DNA of 64,000 bases from the human T2T-CHM13v2.0 reference genome, Homo sapiens. The translations under genes were made by a program, and so were the position numbers. The notes under the pieces were generated by a model. That model worked only from the letters and a program-made list of their open reading frames with translations, was not told the origin of the DNA and searched no databases. Location of the stretch: assembly GCF_009914755.1 (NCBI RefSeq), contig NC_060939.1. One strand, 5' to 3'. This document shows positions 35,665 through 53,470 of this stretch, in pieces; the stretch's first letter is position 1; every line of letters begins with the position of its first letter.

Positions 35665-38075
35665 CCTATGGCTGATATAATTTTAATTTTTAATAGTAGC
35701 CATTCAGATTGGTGTGAGATAGTATCTCATTGTGGTTTTGATTAGCATTTCTCTGATGATTAGTTATGATGAGCATTTTTTTCATATATTTGTTGATCAC
35801 TTGCATGTCTTCCTTTGAGGAGTGTCTGTTCATGTCCTTTGCCAATTTTCTAATTGGGTTGTTTGTCTTAGTTTGTTGATTTGTTTAAGTTGTTTACACG
35901 TTCTGGGTATTAGACCTTTGTCAGATGAATAGTTGGCAAATATTTTCTCCCTTTCTGTAGGTTGTCTGTTTACTCTCTTGATAGTTTCTTTTGCTGAGCA
36001 GAAACTGTTTAGTTTAATTAGGTCCCACTTATTAATTTTTGGAGTTTTTTTTTTGCAATTGCTTTTGGGGACTTAGCCAAAAATTCTTTGCCAAGGCCAA
36101 CATTGAGAAGGATACTTTTTATATTTTCTTCTAGGATTTTTATAGTTTGAAGTCTATACTCAAATTTTTATTCTATCTTGAGTTAATATTTTATATGGTC
36201 GAAAGGTAAGGGTCCAGTTTCATTCTTCTGCATATGACTATCTCAGCACCATTTATTGAATAGGGAGTCTTTTTCTCATTGCTAATTTTTATCAGCTTTG
36301 TTGAAGATCCCATGGTTGCAGATGTGCTGCTTTATTTCAGGGGTGTCTAATCTGTTTCTTTGGTCTAAGTATCTGGTTTTGTACCAGTACCATGCTGTTT
36401 TAGTTATCGCAGCCTTGTAGTATAGTTTGAAGTTGTGTAATGTGTGCCTCCAGCTTTCTTCTTTTTGCTTAGGATTGCTTTGGCCATTCAGTATGTTTTT
36501 ATGGTTCCATATGAATTTTAAAAGAGTTTTATCTAATTCTGTAAAAAAATGACATTGGTAGTTTGTTAGGAATAGCATTAAATCTATGGGTAGTATGGTC
36601 ATTTTAATGATATTGACTCTTCCAATCCATGAGCATGGAATATATTTCCATTTATTTGTGTCATCTCTGATTTTTTTCAACTGTTTTGTAGTTCTCCTTG
36701 TAGAGATCTTTCACCTCCTTGGTTAGCTGTATTCCTAGATATTTCATTTTTGGATGGTTTTTATAAATGGGATTGTATTCTTGATTTGATCTCAGCTTGA
36801 TTGTTACTGTTGTATAGAAATGCTACTGATTTTTGTACATTGATTTCGTATCCTGAAACTTTACTAAAGTCAGTTATTAGGTTGAGGAGCCTTTTGGCAG
36901 AGTCTTTAGGGTTTCTAGGTTACCTAGAAAATCATATCATCAGTACGAAGAGATTGTTTGTCTTCTTTTCCTATTTAGATGCCTTTTATTTATTTCTCTT
37001 GCTAGGACTTCCAGCACTATGTTGAATAGAAGTGGTGAGAGTGAGTATCCTTGTCTTGTTGTGGTTCTGAATGGGAATGGTTACAGCTTTTGCCTCAGCT
37101 TGATGTTGGCTATGGGTTTGTCATAGATGCCTCCTATTATTTTGAGGTATGTTGCTTTAATATATGGTCTGTTGAGGATTTTTGTCATGAAGGGATGTTA
37201 GATTTTATCAAAAGCTTTCTTGGCATCTATTGAAATGATCATATGCTTTTGCTTTTAATTCTGTTTATGTGGTGAATCACCTTTATTGATTTGTGTACTC
37301 CAGATACAAAGCGTTGAATTTCAGATTTAAATCCTATTTGATCACAGTGAACTAGCTTTTTGATGTGTTTCTAAATTCAGTTTGCTGGTATTTTGTTGAG
37401 AATTTTTAGGTCTGTGTTTATGAGGAATATTGTCCTCAAGTTTTCTTTTGGGTATGTGTCTCTGACAGATTTTGTTATTAGGCCAATGCTTATTTCATAG
37501 CGTGAGTTAAGGAGGACCCCTTTTTCCTTGATTTTTTTGAAACAGTTTCAGTAAGATTGGTACCATTCTTTGTACCTTTGTACCTTTGGTAGAATTCAGC
37601 TCTAAATTCATCTGGTCCAGAGCTTTTTTTTGGTTGATAGGTTTTTTTTTTTTTTTTTTTTAAATAACTGATTCAATTTCAGAACTTGTTATTGTTCTTT
37701 TCAAGTTTTCATTTTCTTCCTGACTCAGTCATAGGAGATTACATGTTTCTAGGAATGTATCCATTTCCTCTATATTTTCTAATTTGTGTGCACGAAGTTT
37801 TTAATAGTATTCTGTGAGGATCTTTTGTATTTCTGTGGGATCAGTTGTAATGTCATCTTCATCATTTTTTTTGTATTTATTTGTGTCTTCTCTTTTTTTT
37901 TTGTTAATGCATCTAGAGATCTATACATATTGTCTATTCTTTCCAAGAACCAATTGTTGGCTTCGTTGATCCTATGTATGAATTTCTTCATCTCAGTTTC
38001 ATTCAGTTCATTTCTAATTCAGTTATCTCATTTCTTCTGCTAGTATTGGTGTTTGTTTCTTTTTCTTCTTTTTTT
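35665..38075 (-). mobile_element. Older L1 (L1PA15/16-like) ORF2 body, 5'-truncated
   Basis: Minus ORFs 36282-36680 (DDTNKWKYIPCSWIGR) and 37779-37991 are diverged ORF2p. Confidence 0.88.
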
Positions 38076-38769
38076 AAAAGTTCCCCAGTTTCCTTTGTTG
38101 GGATCAATCCTGTTTTTAGGGGAATTAAAGCTCTAGTTCAATTTTCAAGGAATTAGTTTCAAGCCAGCTTACTGGTTGATGCCACTCTGACCTTAACCTG
38201 TGGTTTTATTCATTGGAATTTTGCCTTCTTACTAATATCTCATTTGGCTGAGTCTCTATCTTATCTTTCTGAGTCTCTGTCTAGATAGTATATGTAGTAG
38301 TCCAGTTTTCCAGCCCTGGTGCTCTGCTTTCCTCACATTTATTTTTGCATGGAATAGAGTGCTGTCCTCAACCTAAGCCATGGGACCGTAGTCCTCTCAT
38401 GTTGTATTTTTAGTCCAGAGTCAATTCAAATGTTATTGCTTCTGATAATCCTTCCCTTGACTTCCCCAGCCAAACATGGGCATTCCCATGGAAACTTGTA
38501 TTTCCTACACCACCAAATCAGCTGCAGCCCTGCTCCAAGCATTGGTTCCTCTTTTGCCTCTTGGAGATGGGTGGCCAAGCATCCACTAGCTAATGAAGCC
38601 CTTCTATAGAGATACCGCCTCAATATTCTGTGTGTGGTAGCCATGCTCTGCCCCCAGGAATTCAAGGGGCAACTTCAGGTTTAATTGTGGTTAGGGAATA
38701 TCTAGAAACTGCATTGTGACTGTAATGTTTAATAGGTTTATTTCCTCAGTACTGTTAGGAAGTCAGTGA

Positions 38770-38985
38770 GCACAGTGATGAAGCAGGTGACCTCTGGACT
38801 GTCTGGATTCTATTAGCTCCAAAACTTATCAGTTTAGATAAGTAACATTATCATTACAAGCTTCATTTCCTTCATCTAAAAATTGATAATAATTGTACTT
38901 GATTCATATGATTGCTGAAAAGTTAAAATGGATAAAGTGTGTACAGTGTTTAGCAGAGACCTTGACACAGAAGAATCAATACTGC
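38770..38985 (+). mobile_element. MIR SINE
   Basis: 'cttcatttccttcatctaaaaattgataataat...aaagtgtgtacagtgtttagcagagaccttgacacag' MIR core and tail. Confidence 0.7.
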
Positions 38986-39979
38986 ATTTCATCATCACTG
39001 TTATTTTTACTCTAATTAATTTTGGTCTCTATAAGTAGAGAAACTATGCCTTTATATCTTTGTACCCTCAAGACATGTCTCAGTTCTGAGAATCCCCAAA
39101 TTTCAACACTGTGAGCCTCTAATTCCTAGATTAGTATAGCGTCTTTATTTTTTCTGAGTGTGTCCTCCCCAAACATTTTTGAGAATCCGGAGAGTCAAAT
39201 GTGTAATGTGTTTGTCCCCAACCAGTTATGGTTCCTAAGAAAAGATGACTGTCCCCTGAGAGACTCTGGCAAGGAGAGCGTGGTCGCAAGTCTCCATGGG
39301 GAGGAGGCAGGTGTTTCATGCAGGATTTAAGGCCCTCGCTTACAGCCCCACAGACCACTGTTCCACACTCACAGTACTGTGCTGGCCTCAGGCTGTTTCT
39401 GTACTTTTTCTGTTTGCTGACCTCCTCTGGACAACATTTGTCAGAACTGGCAACCTCCCCTGAGTCTCTGCTACTCATCACTTCCTCTCTGAATTTTAGC
39501 AAAAACACTTATCTTAAGCTCAGCTCTTTCAGGGGAGTATTCTAGAGCAGAATGGCTTAGACTTGCCAAAACCTTTCCTTCCCAAATGACATATGTATGA
39601 TGGAGGCTGAGAAAAGGGGAGGGTAGGCGATAACAGCCTCAAACCCCAGGCTCAGTCTGGCTAACCTTTCAGGCTTCTCCCATTTCTGTGGTAAATTTAT
39701 TACAGGGGACACATCATTTCCATTTGTGATTCTGGTTAGGGTTATCTCCGGCACACCTTCTTGCCTCTAGTCTACTGGACAATTGTCTTTGTATGAATGG
39801 CTGTGGGGGAATGTTATGAACCTCAATTCCTAATATGGTTCAAGATCTTTCTCATGCAACTCCTAGGGTCCATTCAATCAGGGAAGGTAGCTGTCATCCA
39901 AATGTTCTATGTCAGTAAGTGTGTTATTGGCTCAGAAAAAAATAAGCCCCTTTGAGGTGAAGAAAACTTAATAAACAAT

Positions 39980-40560
39980 ACAAGTGGGACGACTATCCTC
40001 AGCTTACATGTTAGTGGAAAAGATAGACAATAAAATAGTTTAAAAAGTGATTATAGGCTGTGATAAGTATCATGCAGAAAACAGGGTGTTATAAAGCAAA
40101 TGTCAAGAAAAAAAAAGGTGGAAGAAGCAAAATTTGAGCTAAGACTCTAAAAATGGAAATGAACAATCCAGATGAAGAGTGGTGGAAGAATATTACTGAT
40201 GGAGGGGACAGTAAATGCAAGTACTCTGAGGAGGAAAATAAATGAGCAAAGTCCCAGGAAGAGGTTATTGCAGCAGTATGGGAAGAAGATGAAGGTGGCT
40301 TGAGCTTGGGTGATGGCAGTACAGTTGGAGAAAAGTAATAGATTCAAGATAATTTTGAAGATAGAACCTATAGGATATGATGAATTAAATGTAGAGGAAG
40401 ATGAAAAATGAAGAGGAAGAGTGAAAAGTGAATCACAAGTGTCATGGTCGATAATTGTGCCATTGGCCAAGATGGAGAAGATTGGGAGAGAGACAGAATT
40501 GTGGAGGGGGAATCGGGAGCTCCATTTTGATGGTAGTCCATTTCATAGGCCAGTAGACAT
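39980..40560 (-). mobile_element. L2 relic
   Basis: 'cagcttacatgttagtggaaaagatagacaataaa' plus a purine-rich L2 body. Confidence 0.65.
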
Positions 40561-40599
40561 TCCTCTTACTTTACTATATTCTTTCAGACATCTGTGGAA

Positions 40600-41450
40600 C
40601 TGATAAACTGGTAAACTTTTAGAGTCTTGGCTGCCTTTCTGTCTTATTTCTATGAAAACATGTCTCAATTTTACCCTCACATTTGAATGTCTACTTGCCT
40701 GTAGAATCCTAGGATAAAGCTACTTTCCCTAATCACTGCCTCCAAGATATTGCTCCATCATCTTCTTGTTTCTCTAGGGTTGCTTCAGGGAAGACTGATA
40801 TTAATCTAAATCTTGTTCCTGTATTAATAATCTGCTTTTGTATCCCTTTAGTAATGTTTATAATTTTTCTCTTTATCTTCAGTTTCTGAAATTTTATACC
40901 AGCATATTATAAATAGACTTTTTTAAAATTTAAATTATGTTTGGCTTGTGTGTACTTTTAGTCTAAAGACTAACCTTTTTTTTTTAATTTCTGGGGGCTT
41001 CTTATCTTTAGTCATTTAAATATTGCCTCCTTCCATTTTTTATTTTCTCTTAACCTGAAGTTACTACAAAATGAACACTAGAATTTTTGTGTATATCCTT
41101 CACATCACAGCCTTTCTAAGGGGCTCTCTGGGAGAATTCATTGAGTTTTCTTTAACTATCAATTGTATTTTTCATTTCTGAGATTCTGAATTGGCTCTTT
41201 TGCACAAAACATGTTCCTTTTTCATGAGTATTCTATTTTCCTTTATTTTTCTCAATACAGGTATCAATTATATTCATTTTCACATTTTTTCTCTTTGCTT
41301 TATTATTTTTGTTTGTTCTAGTGTAAGCAATTCATTTATTGATTCTATTGTCTTGCCTTTAGGCTCTTGGTTTTCCTCAGTGCTTGGAGATCCTTGATTG
41401 TGTGTCCATCCTTGATATGGTGATTTCTTGTTAAATAGTATTTATATGGG
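40600..41450 (-). mobile_element. Ancient L1M/HAL1-type fragment
   Basis: T-rich degenerate sequence resembling the antisense of an old L1 ORF1 region. Confidence 0.4.
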
Positions 41451-41829
41451 CCTAAGGCCTGCTAAGGGGAGAGATAGGAGTGCCTGCTGAGAAGCTATGT
41501 TGGCTATTTCTCAGAGAGCTCTAAGGAAGAGTGGTATATACTTCCTGGTGCTATACCTGGGTAGCTCATCCTCTGGGCGTGTATGCTATTTCTCCCAGCC
41601 TTTGCTAGCCATCTGGATGTGGCACTGTCTTCTGACCAAAGCTCACACACCCCTGCCACTACTTGGAGACAAAAGTCTCTGCCATAGCAGCTTGGCTCCA
41701 GTTATAACAGTGCTGATGCACTTGGCTGCTTTTGCTTTCTAGCCTTCTGATGATTCCTCCTAATTTCAGTATCCAACAACTCCAATCCTATTGCTTCAAT
41801 CTTATTGCTTGCCATCCTCCAGAATTTTT

Positions 41830-42914
<1,085 letters not shown>

Positions 42915-42926
42915 TAAGAGTTTTCT

Positions 42927-43209
42927 TATTTATTTATTTATTTATTTTTTGAGACAGGGTTTCACTTTGCTGCCCAGGCTGGAGTGCAGTGGTTCCATCA
43001 TGGCTCACTGCAGCCTCAACTTCCTGAGCTCAAGTGATCCTTGCACCTCAGCCTTCCACATAACTGGGACCATAGGTGAGTGTATTTTTTGTAGAGACAG
43101 AGTTTTACCATGTTGCCCAGATTGGTCTGTAGCTCCTGTGTTGAAGCCATCTGCCAACCTTGGCCTCCCAAAGTGCTGAGATTATAGGTTTGAGCCACCA
43201 TACCTGGTC
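42927..43209 (-). mobile_element. AluJ with an internal deletion
   Basis: 'tttgagacagggtt...ctcactgcagcctcaacttcctgagctcaag'; TSD ttttaagagttttct/ttctaagaattttct. Confidence 0.9.
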
Positions 43210-45618
43210 TTCTAAGAATTTTCTGCCAGTGTATTCCCTTTTCTAACTTTTAGTTTCTATGCATGATTTATTTATTTGTTTAATTGCTAATATATGTCAT
43301 TCTTACAGACTTTATGTAGAGAGGGACAACTTAGCTCATGCTCAGCCCACTATATTGAAGAATAGATTTATCTGTTAGACATGCAAATAAAGATATTTGT
43401 AGGCACATGTAGGTACAAGTCTGAGGATGGGAGAATGGAATACTGGACGGGAGTTTTTGACACTTACATGAGAGAGCCAGCATCATAGAAAGGGTATTAA
43501 AAGCTGTGTGTTCAATAATGTGATATGTATTGATACATTTTGGCAAGTGAAATCATAATATAAACATAACAGTTCTTGAATTAGGGCTACTTAGAAGTGA
43601 CAGTGTCCTACTGAATAATTTTAATAAGCTTATGTGTTAGAATTGTGAAACTTTTAACCTGCCTTTTGGCTACTGTTTGAAGACTAAGTATCTGAAATAC
43701 TGTTCTATACGTGGCACAATGACAACGATGTACGTTGACGAGAAGAGAGGTTCATTTTTTTTTAGAATCAATAAACAATTAACCCTACCACAATAATAAT
43801 AGTACTATGATTCAGCCATTTCTCCTACAAACCATTAGTGATTTCTATGCTAAACATTTTAGAAAGAAACTGCCTGAGAAAGAAAATAGACATTTGCCTG
43901 CACTACATTTGGGGAAAGGGTGTTGGGTTCTTCCGTGACTTTAAATACTGAGGTTATTCTTGCTCCAGGCAACCTGAACTTCCCTTTCCCACGAGCTTTA
44001 CACATGCTCTGTCTCACTTTTATTTGGTTTACCTATTCAAAAAACCGCTTACCATGGCAACCCTTGTCTGCATGACAGGCAGTTATAATTTGCTTGGAAA
44101 AACTGCAACAAAGTGTCATTTTTCATAAACCCTTTACAACAAAATGTTTTCTTTCTCAGGGATTTCCAGTGACTTGATTGTGGTCTCATGGCTCTGGCCA
44201 AAAGATCATTTACAAAGAAAAACATTATTAAGAAGACCCATACACTTGGTCAATATTAGTGAGGGGTGGTGTTGGGATTGTTATGGCCTCTCAAAATAGG
44301 AAAATAATTGACTCTCTGACTATCTCTTTGGTACCATGAAAGCAGCATTCAAATAATGCTTACCTGAACCAAGTAATTCTACATTTTATAAAAATGTGCT
44401 TTGGATTGAAGTGCTGTGAGGTATGAGCAAACAGATAGATAGAGAGCCAAAAATAAATGCAACCCAGTTAAAATCCCACTCTGGGCCCCTGGGTATGTAT
44501 TCCATTCAGAAAAATTCAAAAATAATTCCAAAAACCCTGCTATGGCATTGTGTGGTTTGAGCTAACAATAGCAGTCAAGAGATTTAGTGTGATCATGAAC
44601 AATTATTCGCATGAATACATTCACAGATTCACTGAATTGCCTGCCAAAAGGCAGTGAATGTCGGGCAAGACTGCCGTATTTTAAATTCAAATATTGATAT
44701 TTCTATGATATTTATTTCTATGACATAAACATGTTTGGATCAATATGCTACTTGTCACTAGATTTGTAATTCAAGCACCCCGAAAGCAGTAACAATTGAA
44801 CTTTCCCAAACAATTGTTCACTATTCCCCAAATCAGATTATTAATCTACACTTGGCATCCAGTGAGTGCAAAATGTGTTATGCAAATGACTGCAGTGCTC
44901 CAGGCCCAAAGCATGAATGGAATTAGTTTTAAGCTCAAGAGGAATCTGGCCATGAGCAAATGGTGGGGGGATATATGACCCGGAGGATTAATCATTCTTA
45001 TGGTTTATGATAGATGCTTCTTCCAGATGCCCACCTTCAGCTTCAAACGTGAGTATAAAAGAGTCTGGAGAAAAGATCTCTTAAAGAGATCTTGAAAAAG
45101 CAAGCTTTTGATACTTTTAAACTTTTATATTTTCATACTATTTGAGATTTTCTTTGTTCTTATTTGTTTTTAAGCTCAAGTCATCATTTTGGTATTTTAA
45201 AAACATTAAATATAGATGAGTAATTATTAGTATATTAACACATAATGTAATAGTTTTGTTACTTGTATAGTACTTTGGCAAAACTTTAAAATGAATCAGC
45301 TGCAAATAATGGGCCACTTTCCTAAACATAGACAATCTAGGCAAAAATATCCCGTAAATGTACTTTATGAAAACTTTGCATTACCCTGTGTTCCAGAGCA
45401 AGATCTGACTGAGAATGGGTTTGAGAACCAGAAAGTTCTCATCACTCTGTTATATATATGGGGATATATTCTGATAATGACAAAATAGTCTTTGTCTTGA
45501 CTACTGTAAATAGTACAATATACTATATACAATTTAGCATATAGTATCCAAAAGCTTTTAAGTCTAAAGGTCAAGAATAACATTTTCACTGCTTATAAGT
45601 TAGATCTGATTCACAGCC

Positions 45619-45990
45619 TGTATCAGTCCATTTTCACACTGCTATAAAGGATTTCCCTGAGACTGGGTAATTTATTTAAAAAAGAGATTTAATTGACTCA
45701 GTTATGCATGGCTGGGAGGCCTCAGGACACTTACAATCACGGCAGAAGAGGAAGCAGGCACATCTTAACATGGTAACAGGCCAGAGAGAGAGCTTGTGAA
45801 GGAGGAACTATCAAACACTTACAAAACCATCAGATCTCCTGAGAACTCACTCACTATGACAAGAACAGCATGGGGGAACCACCTCCATGATGCAATCACC
45901 TCTCACTGGTTCTGCCTGTAACATGTGGGAATTATGCGGATTACAATTTGAGATGAGATTTGGGTGGGAACACAGAGACAAATTATATCA
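45619..45990 (-). mobile_element. THE1D/MSTA-type solo LTR
   Basis: 'tgtatcagtccattttcacactgctataaag...gagatttgggtggg...tatca'; TSD cagcc/caacc. Confidence 0.88.
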
Positions 45991-46159
45991 CAACCCAAGA
46001 GCAAAAATGAATCTCAGTGGATTAAAAAAAATTGGTCAATAGCACTGAAGTAAGTAAATACTGCAGATAAAGAAGGTATATATTTCTAGCCATTGTAACT
46101 ACAAATAAAAACAAAAAGAAAGTATATGAATGTCCAGGATGAGATATTCTTATATAAAG

Positions 46160-46440
46160 GGCTAGGCACAGTGGCTCATGCCTGTAATCCCAGCAGTTTG
46201 GGAGGCTCAGACAAGAGGATCACTTGAGGCCAGGAGTTTGAGACCAGCCTGGGCAATGTGGCAAGACCTTGTTTTTACAAAAAATAAAAAAGATAGCCAT
46301 ACATGATGTCATGCACCTGTAGTCCTAGCCACTTGAGAGGCTGAAGTGGGAGGATTGCTTGAGCCCAGGAGTTTGAGGCTGCAGTAAGCTAGCCTCCAGC
46401 CTGGGTGACAGAGTGAGATATTGTCTCTTAAAAAAAAAAA
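46160..46440 (+). mobile_element. AluJ
   Basis: 'gaggatcacttgaggccaggagtttgagaccagcctgggc' and 'ggaggattgcttgagcccaggag'; A tail. Confidence 0.9.
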
Positions 46441-47129
46441 GCAAGAGAGAAATAGAAAAAGCATTATGGAAAACAAAACAGAATAACACTAGTTGCCACA
46501 GCTGGACACAAGCCAAAAGGAGAAAGTATGGGCTGGTAAGAACAGGGGGCAGACTTTGACTATTAGACTCAGAATAAACTGAATAAAAAAATACCATATG
46601 TTTAAAGAATCGCTATGGCAATTGGAACTTGTTTGAGGCAGGTCGGGACACAAGAATGTAGTTAAAATTAATAAAAGAAATAAGATAGTGAATAAAATTA
46701 CAATGGATAAATTAAAAAATTACAGAACTGGTTTCCATTGTGTGGAGGAGATTGATCAACATTGTTAATTGGGCTAAGTGTCTTCAGGTGCTAGGATGTT
46801 CGAGCAGGCAATAAAAGTGGAAGTTGTTACTTCACCAAGTTGTCTCAAACTTGATTATTCTTGTGTGGAGTGTTGAAAGGTGGAGTCAAAACATAACAGC
46901 ATTCTAACTCATGAGGTGCCTTTCTTCGAGAATTCCCAACGTACACTGTGCTGCCACTGTCCTTACCCTATAGCGTGTGTATCCATCCACTCCTTCATTT
47001 AGCTAGGACTTTAAGAATTTTTCATTGAGTGCCAACTATTCTTAGTTTTAACCAGATGATCATGTGATGCTGCCTTTTTATAGTAAGAAAGAAGTATATA
47101 CTGTTCATTTCATATCGTTTGATCTGTGT

Positions 47130-47800
47130 ACGGCAAACAGTTTGCTAGGCCACTATAAGAAGATAAAATCAGTCCTTGCCTTTTCAGACTTTATAGTATA
47201 GCAAAAAAAGTGGCAGAAATAAGTATTACAACTTGCGGCACATATTATGAAGGAAACGAAAGGATTTTGCAAAAGATAATAAACAAGGATCTAACAATGA
47301 ACAGGTGGTGAGGAAACAATTTTCTGGAAGATGAGCTTTATGATAAGACTTGAATGAAGAGAAGGCTTGGCCACATTAGAAGCAGGAGGAAATATTTCAG
47401 GTATAAAGAAATGCACATATGAGGTAACTGAGGTGGGAAAGAGCCTGGGGTATTTGCGCAACTGAGAGGACATCAGTGTGATTGGCATGTAAAAAGAGAG
47501 CAGGGAAGGAATGCTGGAAGGCTGGAGCAGTGGGCAGGAAAGGGCCACTTGGCCTTTGCAAGGAGTTTAGATTTTGTTGAAAAATAATAAGAAATGAGTG
47601 AGGAGTTTTAATTTGAGAGGAAAAAAATCTCATTCTCTTCATAAAGACTATTACATTGGCTGCATTGAGAAGCCTAAATTGCCAGGAGAAACCAGAAAAT
47701 ATACCAGGGAAGAGACTGTAGGAGACTAGGTAGAGATGATGAAGATATAGATGAATGGGTGGTACAGATGGAGAGAAGGGGTGCTTAGGAAACAAAAGTT
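47130..47800 (-). mobile_element. L2 relic
   Basis: 'cagtccttgccttttcagactttatagt' and a purine-rich L2 body. Confidence 0.6.
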
Positions 47801-47829
47801 ATGAGAAAATGACTCAGTAATTTTGGCAC

Positions 47830-48390
47830 TAAATATATAATGCCCAAACGTATGCACCTATACAATAGTAGACATGTATAAGAATGATTATAGCAGCATT
47901 AATTACAAAAGGAACATATGGAAAAAATGGAGGTGCACATCATCAAAAGAGCTGACAAACAAACTGTGGCATAGTCACTCACATAGTGAAAAGTTAGACA
48001 ATAGCAAAAACAAAAATCTATATCAACACAAATATGCTTAAATTTTAGCAATATAATATTAATTTTTAAAAAAACTTAAGTCCAACTCTTAGCTACATGA
48101 AACCACTTTAAAAATAAAATTAAAATAACTAAAATAACGAGATATACTATTTTGGAATAATGTACATGCAGAGTTTTTTAAAAAAAACTGTTTTTAAAAA
48201 GGAAAGCAAGAAAATGATAGACATGGCATCCAAGATGATAGTTTAGCTCAGGTTGAGTGAGACAGGCTTATGCAATGAGAGAGAAAAGCATTAGATGGAG
48301 GTTATTTTCTGGTCTTAAGTTTTATTTTGAGTTCACAGATGTTTGTTTTGGGTTCACAGGTGCTTATTAGATAACCACAAACTTGAAAAC
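47830..48390 (+). mobile_element. Old L1ME-type 3' region
   Basis: 'gacatgtataagaatgattatagcagcatt...aaacaaactgtggcatagtcac'. Confidence 0.55.
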
Positions 48391-48396
48391 TAACTA

Positions 48397-51307
<2,911 letters not shown>

Positions 51308-51710
51308 TAAATAAAAATAAACCACGCATGGACAAATGATAAGAGAGTGTCGTGATTAAGCCAATTCAATGTACCTGAGATTCCAAAAAGGTGCCACGAT
51401 GTGTTGACAGATTAGATGTGGGGATCCCTCCATGCATTTCTAAGGCAAGAAGATGACAAGAATCAAGGGAGGGATGCAATTTCTAGCCTGAGATGTTGGG
51501 TGGATGACAATACCATTGATCGACACAGGCAGATTGGGAAAGGAGCAAGCATGGGGAAGGGATACAGAGATAAGAATTCCATGGTGGACATGTTACAGAT
51601 GAAATAACTCTAAGGTATTCACATGGCGAAGGCCAGAAGATACTACTTTATGATTCTAAAGCTCAGAAAAGAAATTTGGATTGTATATTTAAGTTAGTAA
51701 CCTTTAGCTT

Positions 51711-52183
51711 TGCAATAGTTTACTGTGGCTGCTGTAACAAATTACAAGAGATTTAGAACCACAGTACAGACATTATTCTCTGTACTGGAGACCAGAAGCT
51801 TGAAATCAAGGAAGAATTAAGGTGTCAATAAGGCCATGCTCCCTCTGGAGCCTCTGCTAGAGAATCTGTCCCTTGCATCTTCCAGTTTCCTGGGGCTACA
51901 GTATTCCTTAGCTTGTGGCTGCATGACTCCAATCTCTGCCTCTGTACTCATATCACATTCTCTCCTTCTGTATGCCCTAAATCTTCCTCTGCTTTCCTTT
52001 CATAAGGACATGTGGGATTGCATTTAGGCCCCACATGGAGAATCCAGTATAATTGCACCATCTCAAGTTTCTTAATTAAGTCATAGCTGAAACTTCCCTT
52101 TTTGCCATATAAGGTATCATTCACAGATTCCATGGATTAGGATAGAGATATCTTTTGGAGGGGCCATTATTCAGTCCACCACA
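51711..52183 (-). mobile_element. MLT1B/C-type MaLR LTR
   Basis: 'ggctgctgtaacaaattac...gggccattattcagtccaccaca'. Confidence 0.8.
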
Positions 52184-52189
52184 AACATA

Positions 52190-52700
52190 TAAAGACAGTT
52201 TAATATGTTGAAGGTCTTAAGAAGAGGTTAAGGAGAAAATAGAGGAAAAAGATTCAGAAAAAATTGTGGGAAATGCCATTGTTTAGATAATAAGTTGGGT
52301 TGAGACAGCAGAACCTGTAAAGGAGATTAATAAAATGCTTTAGAGAGGCAGGAGGAAAACTAGACAAAGGTGGCATTATGGAATGCTAGAGAGATGAGTT
52401 TTCAAAAGAGTAAATAACCATGTGGAATATTGCTGAGAGGTGGAATATGACAGGGACAGAAAGGTGTCCAGTGGATTTAGCACCGTGGCCAGATGCCATT
52501 TTTGTTGCATGATGGAAACAGAGCCACAATGAATTAGGATGATAAGAGAATAAATATGAGGAAGTAGAGAAATCAAGAGGAGTAATTTTCTGTGAAGAGG
52601 ATCAGAGAAATGGTATGGAAGATGGACTGGACAAGAGGTTCTGTGGAAGTCTGTATTATCTTTAGGATGAAAAGGCCAGAGTAGGTTGCAAGGTACCAAG
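52190..52700 (-). mobile_element. L2 relic (probably continuous with 51370-51700)
   Basis: 'gagaggcaggaggaaaactagac...atattgctgagagg...gtccagtggatttagca' L2 motifs. Confidence 0.65.
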
Positions 52701-53239
52701 GGTGGTCTATTAGAGAGGAAGATATTGCCAATTCAGCTGAGAGGGTGCTGGGCGAAGCTGGTGGGTAGGACTCAAATCCAGCACCCTCACAGAGAAAGTT
52801 TTCTTGCAATAAAGAGAACCTTTTGCTTAATTATATTAGGAGAAGAAAGGCATAAATGTTCACAGAGTTGGTGGGAAATGAGAAAGTGCTACTCTACTAT
52901 TTCTCTCCCTCTCCTTTTTTTTTTTTTTTTTTTTTTTTAGAAAAAAAGGCAATAATAAAACTAACTGGGAGAGAAAAGCTGATGTAGAACATTTAAAGAG
53001 AGGAAAAATTATGAAATCATCATCTCAGAAAGCAAGAGACGAAGTTTATTATACAAGAATTGCAGAATTCCTGGACCATGTTGAGAACCCATCTGAAATT
53101 TGAGATAAATTTTTAAAGTAAAACCGATCCACTGTGTTGAGTCTTTTCTTTCTTTCTTTCTTTTTTCACATAGAAGCCCCAAGAAATGGGTTTAAACTTA
53201 TTCAAGGCTGGAAATTCAGGGCACAATTGCATATCTTGT

Positions 53240-53470
53240 AAGCTTTGGCTTTGTCTCTACCCTGGATTCAAATTTTGATTCCTTTACTTATTAGCTATGA
53301 GCCTTTAGAGTTACTTAACAAGTTAGTGTCTCAGTGTCCTCAACTATTAAGTGGAAACTACACTGCTGTCTATCTTATCAGGTTGATAGGAGGATTAAAT
53401 TATTTATAATATAAAGCACTTGAAACACTACCAAATATAACAATTGCTCAATTATCATTAGCTAATAATT
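53240..53470 (+). mobile_element. MIR SINE
   Basis: 'cctggattcaaatt...ttattagctatgag...gttacttaac...tctcagtgtcctca...gaggattaaat...taaagcacttgaaaca'. Confidence 0.75.

Noticed and set aside
44627-44659. Short hairpin ctgcc-aaaa-ggcag with attca/tgaat extension
   Set aside because: The stem is too short to exceed chance and does not match the histone stem-loop or another motif I recognise.
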